A stretch of DNA of 64,000 bases from an uncultured archaeon (GTDB lineage Archaea > Asgardarchaeota > Thorarchaeia > Thorarchaeales > Thorarchaeaceae), in contig CAYYQL010000003.1 of assembly GCA_964473825.1 (NCBI GenBank), positions 76,992-140,991 of the forward strand, read 5' to 3'. Below are positions 10,054-19,754 of the stretch, in pieces. The notes beneath the pieces are model-generated. The model did not search any database. It had not been told where the DNA came from and worked only from the letters and a program-made list of their open reading frames with translations. How positions within the stretch are numbered: the first letter of the stretch is position 1; each line of letters opens with the position of its first letter. A program made the position numbers and the translations under genes.

Positions 10054-10359
10054 CTACCTGCAGATGAACTCGAAATCATTGGTCATATTATGGCAGTAAG
10101 TGCAGATTGGCCTATCACAGAACTCACACTCAAAGAAATCTGCGTCCGCACTCTCGTAGCCACAGCTTTGACATCGCCCTCTGCGGGTATTGTCAAGGTC
10201 CGCCATATCTCTTAGCACTTTGTGTGCTGCGTTTCTTTCATCGTCTGTCATTGACCCGCCTGTTTGTGTATTGAACTCAGTGACCTTGGCATAGAACGCT
10301 CCAATTATCTCTTCTGAGATAACAATATTCCCCGTCCCTGTGTCTATTCTTTCAGTCAA
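10054..10359 (-). CDS. small zinc-ribbon protein (Cys-rich C-terminus)
   Basis: CQSCGY...CEFCDRPICTYC motifs. Confidence 0.45.
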   Translation of the reverse strand: MTERIDTGTGNIVISEEIIGAFYAKVTEFNTQTGGSMTDDERNAAHKVLRDMADLDNTRRGRCQSCGYESADADFFECEFCDRPICTYCHNMTNDFEFICR

Positions 10360-10394
10360 ACAATCTTAAATCGACTTGATTCTTATAGGGCGCC

Positions 10395-11063
10395 ATGGAT
10401 TTGGTTGTTTATTGGATACCGTTCTGGCTCTTTGCACTTACATTCATTGCCATTCGTATAAAGGGCAAGAGCGGAACGCCGTTGGCGACAATAATCAAGG
10501 CTGCACCTGCGTTATTGGCTGCCGCATTCGTACTGCTCTCTGATTCTTCCAACCCGTTCCACCAGCTGCTATCAGTATCTCTAATCTTTTGTGCATTTGG
10601 GGACATCGGGATGGAGTACAATATCCTACAGGGACTTGTCTTGTTTCTTATCGCGCATGTCTGCTACGTGGCAGCATTTCTACTTCAGAGCGCTATCTTG
10701 GGACCTACATTCCTGCCGCTGGTTGGATTCCTATTCGGCCTTGGTGCGCTGCTTGTCTACGTTGTTCTCTATCATCGTTACCTACAGACATCGGAGAGCC
10801 CAACGCCCCTTATTCATGCAGTTGATCTCTATGCTGTCGTCATCTCATTAACTGCCAGTTCTTCGTTGCTTCTATGGCTAACATCCAGCAGACTAATGGG
10901 AATCTTACCGTTTCTCGGTGCCTGTTTCTTCATCATTTCAGACTCTTTGATTGGCATCAAGGAGTTCCATCATCATTTCAATCGCGAGGAGCTGCTGGTT
11001 TTAGGAACCTACTATCTTGCTATCTTCCTCCTCTCCCTCTCTGCATCAATCAAAGCGTTTTGA
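10395..11063 (+). CDS. YhhN-family (lysoplasmalogenase-like) integral membrane protein
   Basis: About 7 TM helices and a conserved HxxY-like segment (LIAHVCYVAAF). The assignment is tentative. Confidence 0.4.
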   Translation: MDLVVYWIPFWLFALTFIAIRIKGKSGTPLATIIKAAPALLAAAFVLLSDSSNPFHQLLSVSLIFCAFGDIGMEYNILQGLVLFLIAHVCYVAAFLLQSAILGPTFLPLVGFLFGLGALLVYVVLYHRYLQTSESPTPLIHAVDLYAVVISLTASSSLLLWLTSSRLMGILPFLGACFFIISDSLIGIKEFHHHFNREELLVLGTYYLAIFLLSLSASIKAF

Positions 11064-11205
11064 GACCCACGAGGTGGGTTTCTGTAGGGAATACACGGTA
11101 TCCATGACTAATGAGTATCGCCCTCCTAGGTGACATCTCCGACCTTTGTGGAGAATGGGCTACAATTGAGTCATAATTCGGGAATGGAGGATGCCTTTTT
11201 AATGG

Positions 11206-11940
11206 GTGTTTGAAATGTCATACCGGGTGGATTCGTTGACACGATGGGCTGGAGTTTTGGAAAGACATAGGTATCTCCTCTCGTCTCTTCGACTGAGTGG
11301 GCTGGTCTTGTTTGTGGTGTGTTCCCTCTGCACTTGGATACCCCTGGTTGGCACTATCGTATGGACCGAGGAGATCAATGGAACGCCTCGGTTCATCTAC
11401 TCCACATACCTCGACTATGGTTGGGCGGTCTTCTTTACTGGGCTCACTTCGCTGGCTTTCCTGCTACTGTTTCTTGGCTCGACTGGTGCCTGCATATCGG
11501 AATCCAAGCTGGAGGGCTTCCTACCTATTCTCTCTCTCGCGGGTTTCACAACCGGAGTTACGAATCTCCTATCACTTCGGTATGACTGGGGTCGACCAGA
11601 CAGCAAGTTCTCGCTCGAGTATCTGGTCACATACGAGCTCCTCTGGCTCCTTACAACCATCCTTGTGGCCCTCTGGTTGACTGCCTTCGGGCTGGTCGTC
11701 TGGAGGAACTTGTCTTCGCATCTCGTCTACAAGATTCTCAGCGTGATCATTGTCGCAGGCGTACTCCTCTCCCTGCTTGGGTTCGTCCAGTCTGTAGTTC
11801 AAGGAACAGGAGGGCAGAGTTTCGGTCTTGGTCTGATGTATCCTATCTCTTTCTTGAGAGATTTCCTGATTGTTACACTGGCTACAGGCGCAATTTGCGA
11901 ACTACTCAATCTTGTGAATGAAGTCCGGTTGAGTCGATAG
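11206..11940 (+). CDS. integral membrane protein, function unknown
   Basis: Multiple hydrophobic helices and no recognisable motifs. Confidence 0.4.
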   Translation: MFEMSYRVDSLTRWAGVLERHRYLLSSLRLSGLVLFVVCSLCTWIPLVGTIVWTEEINGTPRFIYSTYLDYGWAVFFTGLTSLAFLLLFLGSTGACISESKLEGFLPILSLAGFTTGVTNLLSLRYDWGRPDSKFSLEYLVTYELLWLLTTILVALWLTAFGLVVWRNLSSHLVYKILSVIIVAGVLLSLLGFVQSVVQGTGGQSFGLGLMYPISFLRDFLIVTLATGAICELLNLVNEVRLSR

Positions 11941-11994
11941 ATGAACCGGATCGAATAGATTGCTCTGCCGACCAGAGCAGTGTCTAATTTCTTT

Positions 11995-13419
11995 TCAGAC
12001 CGAGAACTCTAAACCCTCTACCTTAAAGTATGGAAGCCGTATTGTGCTCTCTTGTGGTCCCATAAAGCTGCTTGTACTCATGATTCTCCTTTCTTTCGAC
12101 ATCATTGAAACATTCTTCAACATATCAAAGAACCTACCAGTGACCTGAATCTCTTTGAGAGTATTCGTTATTGCTCCATTCTCTATTAGCTGACCTCCCT
12201 TGATGGGACCAGCAAATACACCTGAAACGGGATCTGGGAACGCACTTACACGGGGAATCAATATTCCCTTCTTGACATCAGCAATCATCTCTTCTAGGCT
12301 TGCATCGCCTGCTGAAACATCAATATTCGTTACCCCAATATGAGGGGCCTGTCGATATGAGCCAGAGGCATGGCCCGTTGAATCCAAGTTCTCCCTGTTA
12401 GCAGAAAATGCATCAAACAAAGCGCCCTTGAATACGCCGCTTTCTACTATACTATGTCGCTGATGTGGGACTCCTTCTCTATCAAAAGGACTACTACCAG
12501 CCCTTGTTGGAAGAGTTCCGTCATCCACAACCGTGATATCATCAACAGCTACTTGTTCCCCCAATCGGTCCGCCAGGAAACTAGAACCACTCTGTATCTG
12601 ATTTGCACTTGCTGAGCGTTGGAGCACTACAAGCAGGTCTGACATGGCTTCAGGTGTTAGAATTGCAGGTCCAGAGAATCGTTTTCCCTTCTTTGCCCCG
12701 AGATTCTGCAGTACTCTTTCTGAAAAAAGATCTGTTGTGCCTTCAATGTCCGCATCAGAGAGATTGGTGACTGAGTAGTACATATAGTTGAAAGAACCTA
12801 CATTATCATCGTCAACGGCCATCCCAAAAAGGAGCCATTGAAGAAGTGTCTTCTTGTATTCTGCTTCAATTCCTCTTGATGAAGCAATAGCCCTATCGGT
12901 TGATTTGGCAGTCAAGAAACTCATAGAACCGATGGTAACTCTCTCGTCAAAGCCCTTGGCAGTATCTATGATCCTATTTCCAATGTTAAGAATATCCTCT
13001 GTTGAAAGTGTATCGATTTCCTTATCACAAAGAGTGGGCATAGAGTTGATGGGCTTCGGTTCCGGGAGTAAGTAGTAATCAGCAGATGGCGTTGACTTTG
13101 CAATGGATAATGCATCCAGAAGCCCCTTCTCCACTCTCTTGGTATCGAAAGAATTTACGCTTACGAATCCCAGAGACTTGTCTTTGAGAATACGGATTCC
13201 AACTCCCTGCAGGACACTACCCACCACGCTCTTTAAAGCACTATTTTCGAGGTTGACAGTATGAGATCGAGCTTGTTCTGCAAATACCTCAACCTCGTCA
13301 GCGCCAAGTGTCAGAGCCCTCTTGACGAAGGGTCTGATGAAATCAACCAATCTCTCCCCTATTCTAGCCACCTCCACCTGAAACAAGGGTTCTAGCACGG
13401 GTCGTGCCTCCTCCACCAT
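11995..13419 (-). CDS. pmbA: PmbA/TldE-family metalloprotease modulator
   Basis: TldD/PmbA-family architecture and length. It lies downstream of the TldD gene, and its start overlaps the end of TldD by 56 nt. Confidence 0.75.
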   Translation of the reverse strand: MVEEARPVLEPLFQVEVARIGERLVDFIRPFVKRALTLGADEVEVFAEQARSHTVNLENSALKSVVGSVLQGVGIRILKDKSLGFVSVNSFDTKRVEKGLLDALSIAKSTPSADYYLLPEPKPINSMPTLCDKEIDTLSTEDILNIGNRIIDTAKGFDERVTIGSMSFLTAKSTDRAIASSRGIEAEYKKTLLQWLLFGMAVDDDNVGSFNYMYYSVTNLSDADIEGTTDLFSERVLQNLGAKKGKRFSGPAILTPEAMSDLLVVLQRSASANQIQSGSSFLADRLGEQVAVDDITVVDDGTLPTRAGSSPFDREGVPHQRHSIVESGVFKGALFDAFSANRENLDSTGHASGSYRQAPHIGVTNIDVSAGDASLEEMIADVKKGILIPRVSAFPDPVSGVFAGPIKGGQLIENGAITNTLKEIQVTGRFFDMLKNVSMMSKERRIMSTSSFMGPQESTIRLPYFKVEGLEFSV

Positions 13420-14743
13420 CTACTTTCGCGAGCTGCCCCTTCCCGCAGTGCCCACAGCCCATTCCGAGCTTCCAGTCTTTGCCAATTGCGTCAATTGACA
13501 TGAGAACATCAAATGCATTACCAGTTAAGGCAAGGCTTCTCACCGGACTACCAATCTCGCCGTCCACAATCTCATAGGCTTGGGACATCTCAAACATAAA
13601 TTCTGCACTGCTGTCTGCCTGTCCTCCCCCAGGCTCTACGCAAAGATATCCGAAATCGATTCCCTCAAGTATCTCTTCGTACGAGAAATCGCCGGCCTCA
13701 AGGTAGGTATTCCTCATTCTGATAAGGGGTTCGACATTGTATTCAAATGCCCGCTCATTTCCGGTTGGTTCGACTCCGAAGTGATGTGCAGAGTGACGAC
13801 TGTGGAGGTATGACTTCATAACGCCCTTCTCAATAATGACCGTACTCTCAGATTGCACACCGGCGTCATCAACAGCTAACCATCCTGCTGCAGCCATCTG
13901 ATTTCCTGAATCAACCAGTGTCACCATTTCACTCGCAATTCTTTTCCCAATCTTCCCCTTTGCAGCACTACCAGCCATAACGAAGTCGCTCTCAACAGTG
14001 TGTCCAATGGCTTCATGACAAATGATGCCCACAACCGAGGGATGCATCACAACAGTCTGCTCTCCTCCTTTGGGGAAAGGTGCTTTCAGCAGTTTGATAG
14101 CGTAATCAGCAGCCTGCTTTGCCATCTCAGTTGGAGACCTATCAAAAATCTCCCATCCCCCCGTTATCCCGTGAGCAGAATATGCTGGGACAATAGTACC
14201 TCCTTCTGACGCCACTGCTCTAAGAATGAAATCCGGTCTACTATCTAATATCTCGACATCAGTGCCATCCGAGTTCATGATTATTCGATGGTTTTGAGGC
14301 ACTCTTAGCGATGTGAAGGAGCCACTAATCCTATTATCGTAGTCGTTGACAGTTTTGTCCGCTTCTTTGAAGAGCTCTACCATTTCTTCAATTGAATGAT
14401 TCTCAAACGGATCCTTTCCAAGGTTCGAGTAGGTACCCTCTACAGGTTCAATTGGTGCAAGCTCTACTTTCTCTTTCTTGCTCTTTGAAACAGCTGTGGC
14501 TGCTGATATGGCATTGTCGAGTGTTTCGTCTACTGACTTGAGATCAAGGATGCTCGTGCTTGCATAGCCCCAAGCGCCGTTTACTAGTACACGAATACCT
14601 ATCCCTGCAAAGTCATCTACAGTAGCCGTCTTCAGTTCTCCTTTCTCAATTAGAATTTGCGTGTTCATCCGTGAATGATATCGCGCTTCGACATGAACTC
14701 CACTAGGGGCATTGTCAAGGCTTCGGCGCACAAGTTCCTTCAT
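13364..14743 (-). CDS. tldD: TldD-family zinc metalloprotease
   Basis: HEAIGHTVESD (HExxxH) motif and TldD-like length. Confidence 0.8.
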   Translation of the reverse strand: MKELVRRSLDNAPSGVHVEARYHSRMNTQILIEKGELKTATVDDFAGIGIRVLVNGAWGYASTSILDLKSVDETLDNAISAATAVSKSKKEKVELAPIEPVEGTYSNLGKDPFENHSIEEMVELFKEADKTVNDYDNRISGSFTSLRVPQNHRIIMNSDGTDVEILDSRPDFILRAVASEGGTIVPAYSAHGITGGWEIFDRSPTEMAKQAADYAIKLLKAPFPKGGEQTVVMHPSVVGIICHEAIGHTVESDFVMAGSAAKGKIGKRIASEMVTLVDSGNQMAAAGWLAVDDAGVQSESTVIIEKGVMKSYLHSRHSAHHFGVEPTGNERAFEYNVEPLIRMRNTYLEAGDFSYEEILEGIDFGYLCVEPGGGQADSSAEFMFEMSQAYEIVDGEIGSPVRSLALTGNAFDVLMSIDAIGKDWKLGMGCGHCGKGQLAKVDGGGGTTRARTLVSGGGG

Positions 14744-15055
14744 CCCTCAGTCTCCTGTCCGAGAATACTGACCAATACTAATGTGGAACTCCTTAATAAG
14801 CAGTTATGGTGGCCCTATCCATCGCCTTATCAGTTGACTTCTTATCCTCTCGATCACCCAGAGGATTAGGGGAATGCCTACCCCCTCCGGGATTCACACT
14901 GGTGAAGCCTCCTGCTGATTCATTGTCAGACTTACCTCGCGTCGATGGCGACTTTGTGTGGGACTTCTGCAGTCGTCCCATTCCTTTATGAACAGGTAAT
15001 TCCATAGCTCTCTGCAGAAGAGAGTGATTCTGTGAGATTTGATATATCAGACGCA

Positions 15056-17047
15056 ATGACGGTCAGGCTCTCTAAGGAACTGCCTCCCTATCCCGATTTT
15101 GACCCGAAATACAGGCGGGCTCCTGACCGAGGGTATGACCTCAACCGTGACGATACGGTAACAGCAGTAAAGAACGCCCTGCGATATGTTCCCACGGAGC
15201 TACATGCACAGCTCGCTCCAGAGTTCTTAGAGGAGCTTATGAAACGGGGCAGAATCTATGCGTACCGCTATCGCCCTCCAAGCGCAATTAGGGCACGACC
15301 GACAGATGCGTATAAGGGAATCCTCGAGGCGCGAGCCATTCAAGTCATGATAGACAACAACTTGGATTTTGATGTTGCATTGTATCCGTACGAGCTCGTG
15401 ACGTACGGAGAGTCAGGACAGGTCATGCAGAATTGGCTGCAATACCGACTGGTCAAGAAGTACCTGGAGTCAATGGATGCAGAGCAGACTCTTGTTATGA
15501 GTTCAGGACACCCGCTTGGGCTATTTCCGTCGCGCCGAGAGGCTCCCAGGATGATTATCACAAATGGTCTAATGGTGGGTATGTTCGACACCCCTGAGGA
15601 CTTCCACTGGGCGACACAGATGGGTGTGGTCAACTATGGCCAAATGACGGCTGGGGGGCTCATGTATATCGGGCCACAAGGGATTGTGCACGGCACCTAC
15701 ATCACTCTTCTCAATGCGGGACGACAGTATCTGGACATTCCTGAGGACGAGGATTTGGCGGGGCGGGTGTACTTGACCTCTGGGCTTGGGGGGATGAGTG
15801 GTGCACAGGCTAAGGCCATTGAGATTGCAGGAGGTATTGGTGTCATTGCCGAGGTTGATAGGAGCCGTATAGAGACCCGCGGTAAACAGGGATGGCTCTC
15901 CAAATGGTCTGATGATTTAGAAGAGGTATTCGAATGGGTAGAGACACACCGCAAGAGTAAGGAGGCTGTTTCGATTGGCTATTACGGAAACATAGTCGAC
16001 CTGTGGAGGTACGTCGTTGATAACGAGGTTCCTATTGAGCTTGCCTCGGACCAGACCTCCTGCCATGCTGTATACGAGGGCGGATATACCCCACAGGGGG
16101 TTGGGTTTGAAGAGGGCCGAGAACTATTGAAGAGAGACCGTAACAAGTTCAAGAAGCTCGTCGACGAATCACTTGAGAGACAATTCAAGCTCATCAAGAC
16201 CATGGCCGAACGTGGGACGCACTTCTGGGACTACGGGAACAGCTTCATGAAGGCAGTATTCGATGCGGGGGTGAAAGAGATTGTCACGAACGGTTCGGAC
16301 ACGAAAGACGGCTTCATATTTCCCTCGTACGTCGAGGACATCATGGGCCCCATATGTTTTGACTATGGATATGGCCCATTTCGCTGGGTCTGTCTGAGTG
16401 GAAGACATGAGGATCTAGTGACCACCGACAAAGCAGCCATGTCCTGCATAGACCCAACGCGACGTGGCCAGGATCGAGACAACTATGTCTGGATTCGAGA
16501 TGCTGACGAGAACAACCTTGTCGTGGGTTCACAGGCCCGAATCCTCTATGCAGATGCAGAGGGTCGGATAGAGATCGCCCTGAAGTTCAATCAGCTTGTC
16601 CGAGAGGGTAAGGTTCAGCCCATCATGCTTGGTCGCGACCATCATGATACAGGCGGAACAGACTCCCCGTATCGAGAAACGTCGAACATCTATGACGGAA
16701 GCAACATCACCAGTGACATGGCGCATCACTGTTGGGCAGGCAATGTCGCCCGGGGCATGACAATGTGCGTCCTATCTAACGGCGGCGGTGTAGGGACAGG
16801 CAAGGCCATCAACGGAGGGTTCGGTCTAGTCCTTGATGGTAGTGAGAGAGTTGATTCCATCATCAAATCTGCCCTTGATTGGGATGTGAACTGCGGTGTC
16901 GCAAGGCGGGCATGGGCTCGAAATGACCATGCACTGGAAACTGCAATAAGATGGAACAAGAATCTCAAAGGCAGAGGGCAGATCACCGTGCCATTCATCC
17001 CAGAGGAAGGGCTTCTTGAAGAACTGGTGGACAAGAGATTAGACTAG
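15056..17047 (+). CDS. hutU: urocanate hydratase (urocanase), long ~660-aa form with an N-terminal extension
   Basis: Motifs YGQMTAGGLMYIGPQGIVHGTY, LTSGLGGMSGAQAKA, GPFRWVCLSG and MLGRDHHDTGG match urocanase. The ATG at 15056 lies inside the track ORF that begins with GTG at 15032. Confidence 0.85.
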   Translation: MTVRLSKELPPYPDFDPKYRRAPDRGYDLNRDDTVTAVKNALRYVPTELHAQLAPEFLEELMKRGRIYAYRYRPPSAIRARPTDAYKGILEARAIQVMIDNNLDFDVALYPYELVTYGESGQVMQNWLQYRLVKKYLESMDAEQTLVMSSGHPLGLFPSRREAPRMIITNGLMVGMFDTPEDFHWATQMGVVNYGQMTAGGLMYIGPQGIVHGTYITLLNAGRQYLDIPEDEDLAGRVYLTSGLGGMSGAQAKAIEIAGGIGVIAEVDRSRIETRGKQGWLSKWSDDLEEVFEWVETHRKSKEAVSIGYYGNIVDLWRYVVDNEVPIELASDQTSCHAVYEGGYTPQGVGFEEGRELLKRDRNKFKKLVDESLERQFKLIKTMAERGTHFWDYGNSFMKAVFDAGVKEIVTNGSDTKDGFIFPSYVEDIMGPICFDYGYGPFRWVCLSGRHEDLVTTDKAAMSCIDPTRRGQDRDNYVWIRDADENNLVVGSQARILYADAEGRIEIALKFNQLVREGKVQPIMLGRDHHDTGGTDSPYRETSNIYDGSNITSDMAHHCWAGNVARGMTMCVLSNGGGVGTGKAINGGFGLVLDGSERVDSIIKSALDWDVNCGVARRAWARNDHALETAIRWNKNLKGRGQITVPFIPEEGLLEELVDKRLD

Positions 17048-17052
17048 TCCCT

Positions 17053-17706
17053 TCAACATGTTCCTTCGCGGTTTGCCAAGAAGAGCCGTTTCTGTTTCTT
17101 GGAGCTTCTATCCGCAAGCCTTAGTGGTTCAGGGTAACCTTGCCGGGCGCATGCCCGTACGATCGAAACACAAGTCTGTAGAGCGACTCTATGGCCAACC
17201 GACACGTAGATTGGATTCTCTCTCTCCCCGAACCACAGAGCCATTCCCACAACCTCCCCTCGGTGAACAATCTTTGCCTGATTATCATCTCTCTCTTCAA
17301 TCTCGCCGAGAAGAAGACGCTTTGCAACTCCTATGGTCACAAGGTCTAACCTGACCCCAATATGGGATGCGAGACCAAATCTCCTCGGATGCAAGATTCC
17401 ATTTCCGTCCACAAGAACTGGTCCCGTTGGGCGGTCTTTCAACAGCAACTGCTCTAGAACTGGCCCTTCCCTCAAGTAGAACTGCTCTGGCACATACTCT
17501 TCCACTTCAGTTACTACAATCCGGGTTTCGCGGAGTGGTTTGTTGTTTGCGATATCGAGAGTCACCGCAGCTCCAAAAGCAAGACTCTCTTGATAGGCAA
17601 CATCAACGCCTGTCACATGATTCCTATTCAAGATGCTGTCATCTGTCCTGATGACGCTCTTACGGAGTCTATTCTGTTCTCCTTTGAGCCAACTTCTCAT
17701 TGACAA
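17053..17706 (-). CDS. nfi: endonuclease V
   Basis: GVDVAY..., DGNGILHPRRFGLASHIGV and IGVAK motifs. Confidence 0.8.
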   Translation of the reverse strand: MSMRSWLKGEQNRLRKSVIRTDDSILNRNHVTGVDVAYQESLAFGAAVTLDIANNKPLRETRIVVTEVEEYVPEQFYLREGPVLEQLLLKDRPTGPVLVDGNGILHPRRFGLASHIGVRLDLVTIGVAKRLLLGEIEERDDNQAKIVHRGEVVGMALWFGERENPIYVSVGHRVALQTCVSIVRACARQGYPEPLRLADRSSKKQKRLFLANREGTC

Positions 17707-17755
17707 ATCCCGCCTATTTCAACCCCCATAATTGAAGCGCGAAGATTTCCCTTGT

Positions 17756-18511
17756 CTACTTGAGATACTCCTCAATCACACCATGAGTTGCCTTCTTCCA
17801 TTCCACTGACTTCTTGGCAAGTTCCATAGCTATGTCGCCAGGGAGTGATTCGTCTTTAGAGTATTCTTCCATCTTCGACAGCCATGCGCTTGTCGTCAGT
17901 GAAGTGGGCTGAACTTCCTCGCCCTCAGTGGCTTTGATTAGCATCTCTCTTCCGTGTGCGACCTGAATGTAGATTGAGCTGAGCGGTGCTTTGTTGAGGA
18001 TCTCAAATACCAGTCGGTCCCAGCACATCTTTGCAGTCAACGCTCGTTTCAGTCTGCTTTGCTCGTCGTCGGGGAGTTCATTGTACTTCTGAACTGCGTC
18101 TTCGAAGCGTTCTGCGATTCCATCCACCATCGGTTTCAGTGCGGATTCATCCTCTCCCCATGCAGTGAATTCAACGGAGCGTTGAGCCTCTTCAACCCAT
18201 ATCCGTATCGTAACATCTCCATCATCCGACTTGACCGAAAATATTGCCTTACCCTTGAAAATTTGACTCTCGGCCTCGCTATACTCATTCAGGATTACCC
18301 CTGGTTTGCCGGCGACAGTATACCAGGCCAACCTGAATATAACTGACGACTCAGGTCGGTCATAGCTTAGAGTCCGTGAGATCTTGGGGCGATCATCCAT
18401 CTCTTCCAAGCGAACACTCCCGATGATATCTCTATGAAATTTTACCGAGTTCCTTATAGAGTTTGGCTGTCGCTCCCTCAACATCCTTTCTTCTTGCTCC
18501 AATTGCCGCAT
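17756..18511 (-). CDS. hypothetical protein co-oriented downstream of SepSecS (the start probably lies at an internal Met)
   Basis: 251-aa ORF on the same strand. The track ORF overlaps SepSecS by 80 nt, so the true start is probably MLRERQ or MDDRPK. No P-loop or other recognisable motif. Confidence 0.45.
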   Translation of the reverse strand: MRQLEQEERMLRERQPNSIRNSVKFHRDIIGSVRLEEMDDRPKISRTLSYDRPESSVIFRLAWYTVAGKPGVILNEYSEAESQIFKGKAIFSVKSDDGDVTIRIWVEEAQRSVEFTAWGEDESALKPMVDGIAERFEDAVQKYNELPDDEQSRLKRALTAKMCWDRLVFEILNKAPLSSIYIQVAHGREMLIKATEGEEVQPTSLTTSAWLSKMEEYSKDESLPGDIAMELAKKSVEWKKATHGVIEEYLK

Positions 18512-19754
18512 TCATCACGATGTAGCTATGAGGGTAGTTGTCTACAGATGACCCTCGTGCCCCTCTTTCTACTGCTCGGGGACCGGTCACTCTTCGCGTG
18601 TATAATCTCGCTCCCAGCTCATTGGCATCAATACCATCAAGGGTCATGGCACAGGAAATGGGGTTCTCAACTCTCAGGACTCTTTGGCCCAACTCGTCTG
18701 CCATCTCTGATAGTCTGGACTCCAGAAGTCTGCGGTTTATCTTCTGTTCCTCCATCAGCTCACGATACCCATCGTGACCGAGAACTAGAAGAGCGGCCAA
18801 TGTCTGCACAACTGGAGCCGCAGAGGCTCTTCCTGCATATGTTTCAGCAATACCCTCAATGCAAGCTTCATCGGGAGATACAACTACTGTTCCACCAACG
18901 GGTGTGAGAAAGTTCTTGTCATTGCTCTGAACAACGGCATCTACTCTACCAGCATCAACTGCGGATCTGACAGCCTCCATGATGGACTCGGATTGGACAC
19001 CATATGCATTGTTGATGACCATTGGTATATCTCTTTCTTGACAGACTCTTGCGATGGCCTTGATTGGATCTGACTCGCGGGGCGCGAAGAATGTGGTTGT
19101 TGCAAGTATTGCGCATTTGGTCTCTTGTGAAGCAGCTTTCTCCAAGCTATCTAGATCACACCTGACGGCATCTCCATCGATTTTCGTTTTGATGATGACC
19201 TCCTCGAGGCCGGCCATTGCTATGCCTCTTGTCGGAGACGTGTGGTCTATTCTAGGATAGAGGACGCGTCTGACACCGTATTTCATCCTCAGATACGAGA
19301 GTGTGAGGGAGATGGTCATGCCGGTAGACATCGGAAGGATCAGCCCGTCCCTAACATTTGGAAGCCCCAGCTTTCTTATGGCATCCAGCGCGATCTGATT
19401 GGCCAGCCTTTGCATGAGTGATGCCCCTGGGGCTTTTGGCTGCGGTGCGGTGATATGCCCGCTCCTTCCTATGCCATGGTTAAATCCTGCTGAGAGTTCT
19501 CCTATCAGGTTCGACGCTATTCTGCCCTCTCGCTCTCCCACTCGGGCTGCCTCAGGATCCTTATCCGAGTCCATTGATGAGAGAATCCTGAGCAACCACT
19601 CAACCTGAAGGTCCGTGAAACCTGTTGCAGGAAACTGTCTTCGATTGAGAAGATCCTTGATGGGAGACATCAACGATTCGAAAGTAACGCCTGCTCTTCG
19701 GCGGATGCTATCCGGTAGAGTATCCATCAACCTAGTGATAATCTCGTCATTCAT
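18432..19754 (-). CDS. O-phosphoseryl-tRNA(Sec) selenium transferase (SepSecS)
   Basis: DSDKDPEAARVGEREGR..GFNHGIGRSGHITAPQPKAPGAS and DAVVQSNDKNFLTPVGG closely match archaeal SepSecS. The length is 440 aa. Confidence 0.85.
   Translation of the reverse strand: MNDEIITRLMDTLPDSIRRRAGVTFESLMSPIKDLLNRRQFPATGFTDLQVEWLLRILSSMDSDKDPEAARVGEREGRIASNLIGELSAGFNHGIGRSGHITAPQPKAPGASLMQRLANQIALDAIRKLGLPNVRDGLILPMSTGMTISLTLSYLRMKYGVRRVLYPRIDHTSPTRGIAMAGLEEVIIKTKIDGDAVRCDLDSLEKAASQETKCAILATTTFFAPRESDPIKAIARVCQERDIPMVINNAYGVQSESIMEAVRSAVDAGRVDAVVQSNDKNFLTPVGGTVVVSPDEACIEGIAETYAGRASAAPVVQTLAALLVLGHDGYRELMEEQKINRRLLESRLSEMADELGQRVLRVENPISCAMTLDGIDANELGARLYTRRVTGPRAVERGARGSSVDNYPHSYIVMNAAIGARRKDVEGATAKLYKELGKIS

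Noticed and set aside
17756-18511. Hypothetical after SepSecS as PSTK (phosphoseryl-tRNA kinase)
   Set aside because: The size is similar (about 250 aa), but there is no Walker A P-loop anywhere in the sequence.
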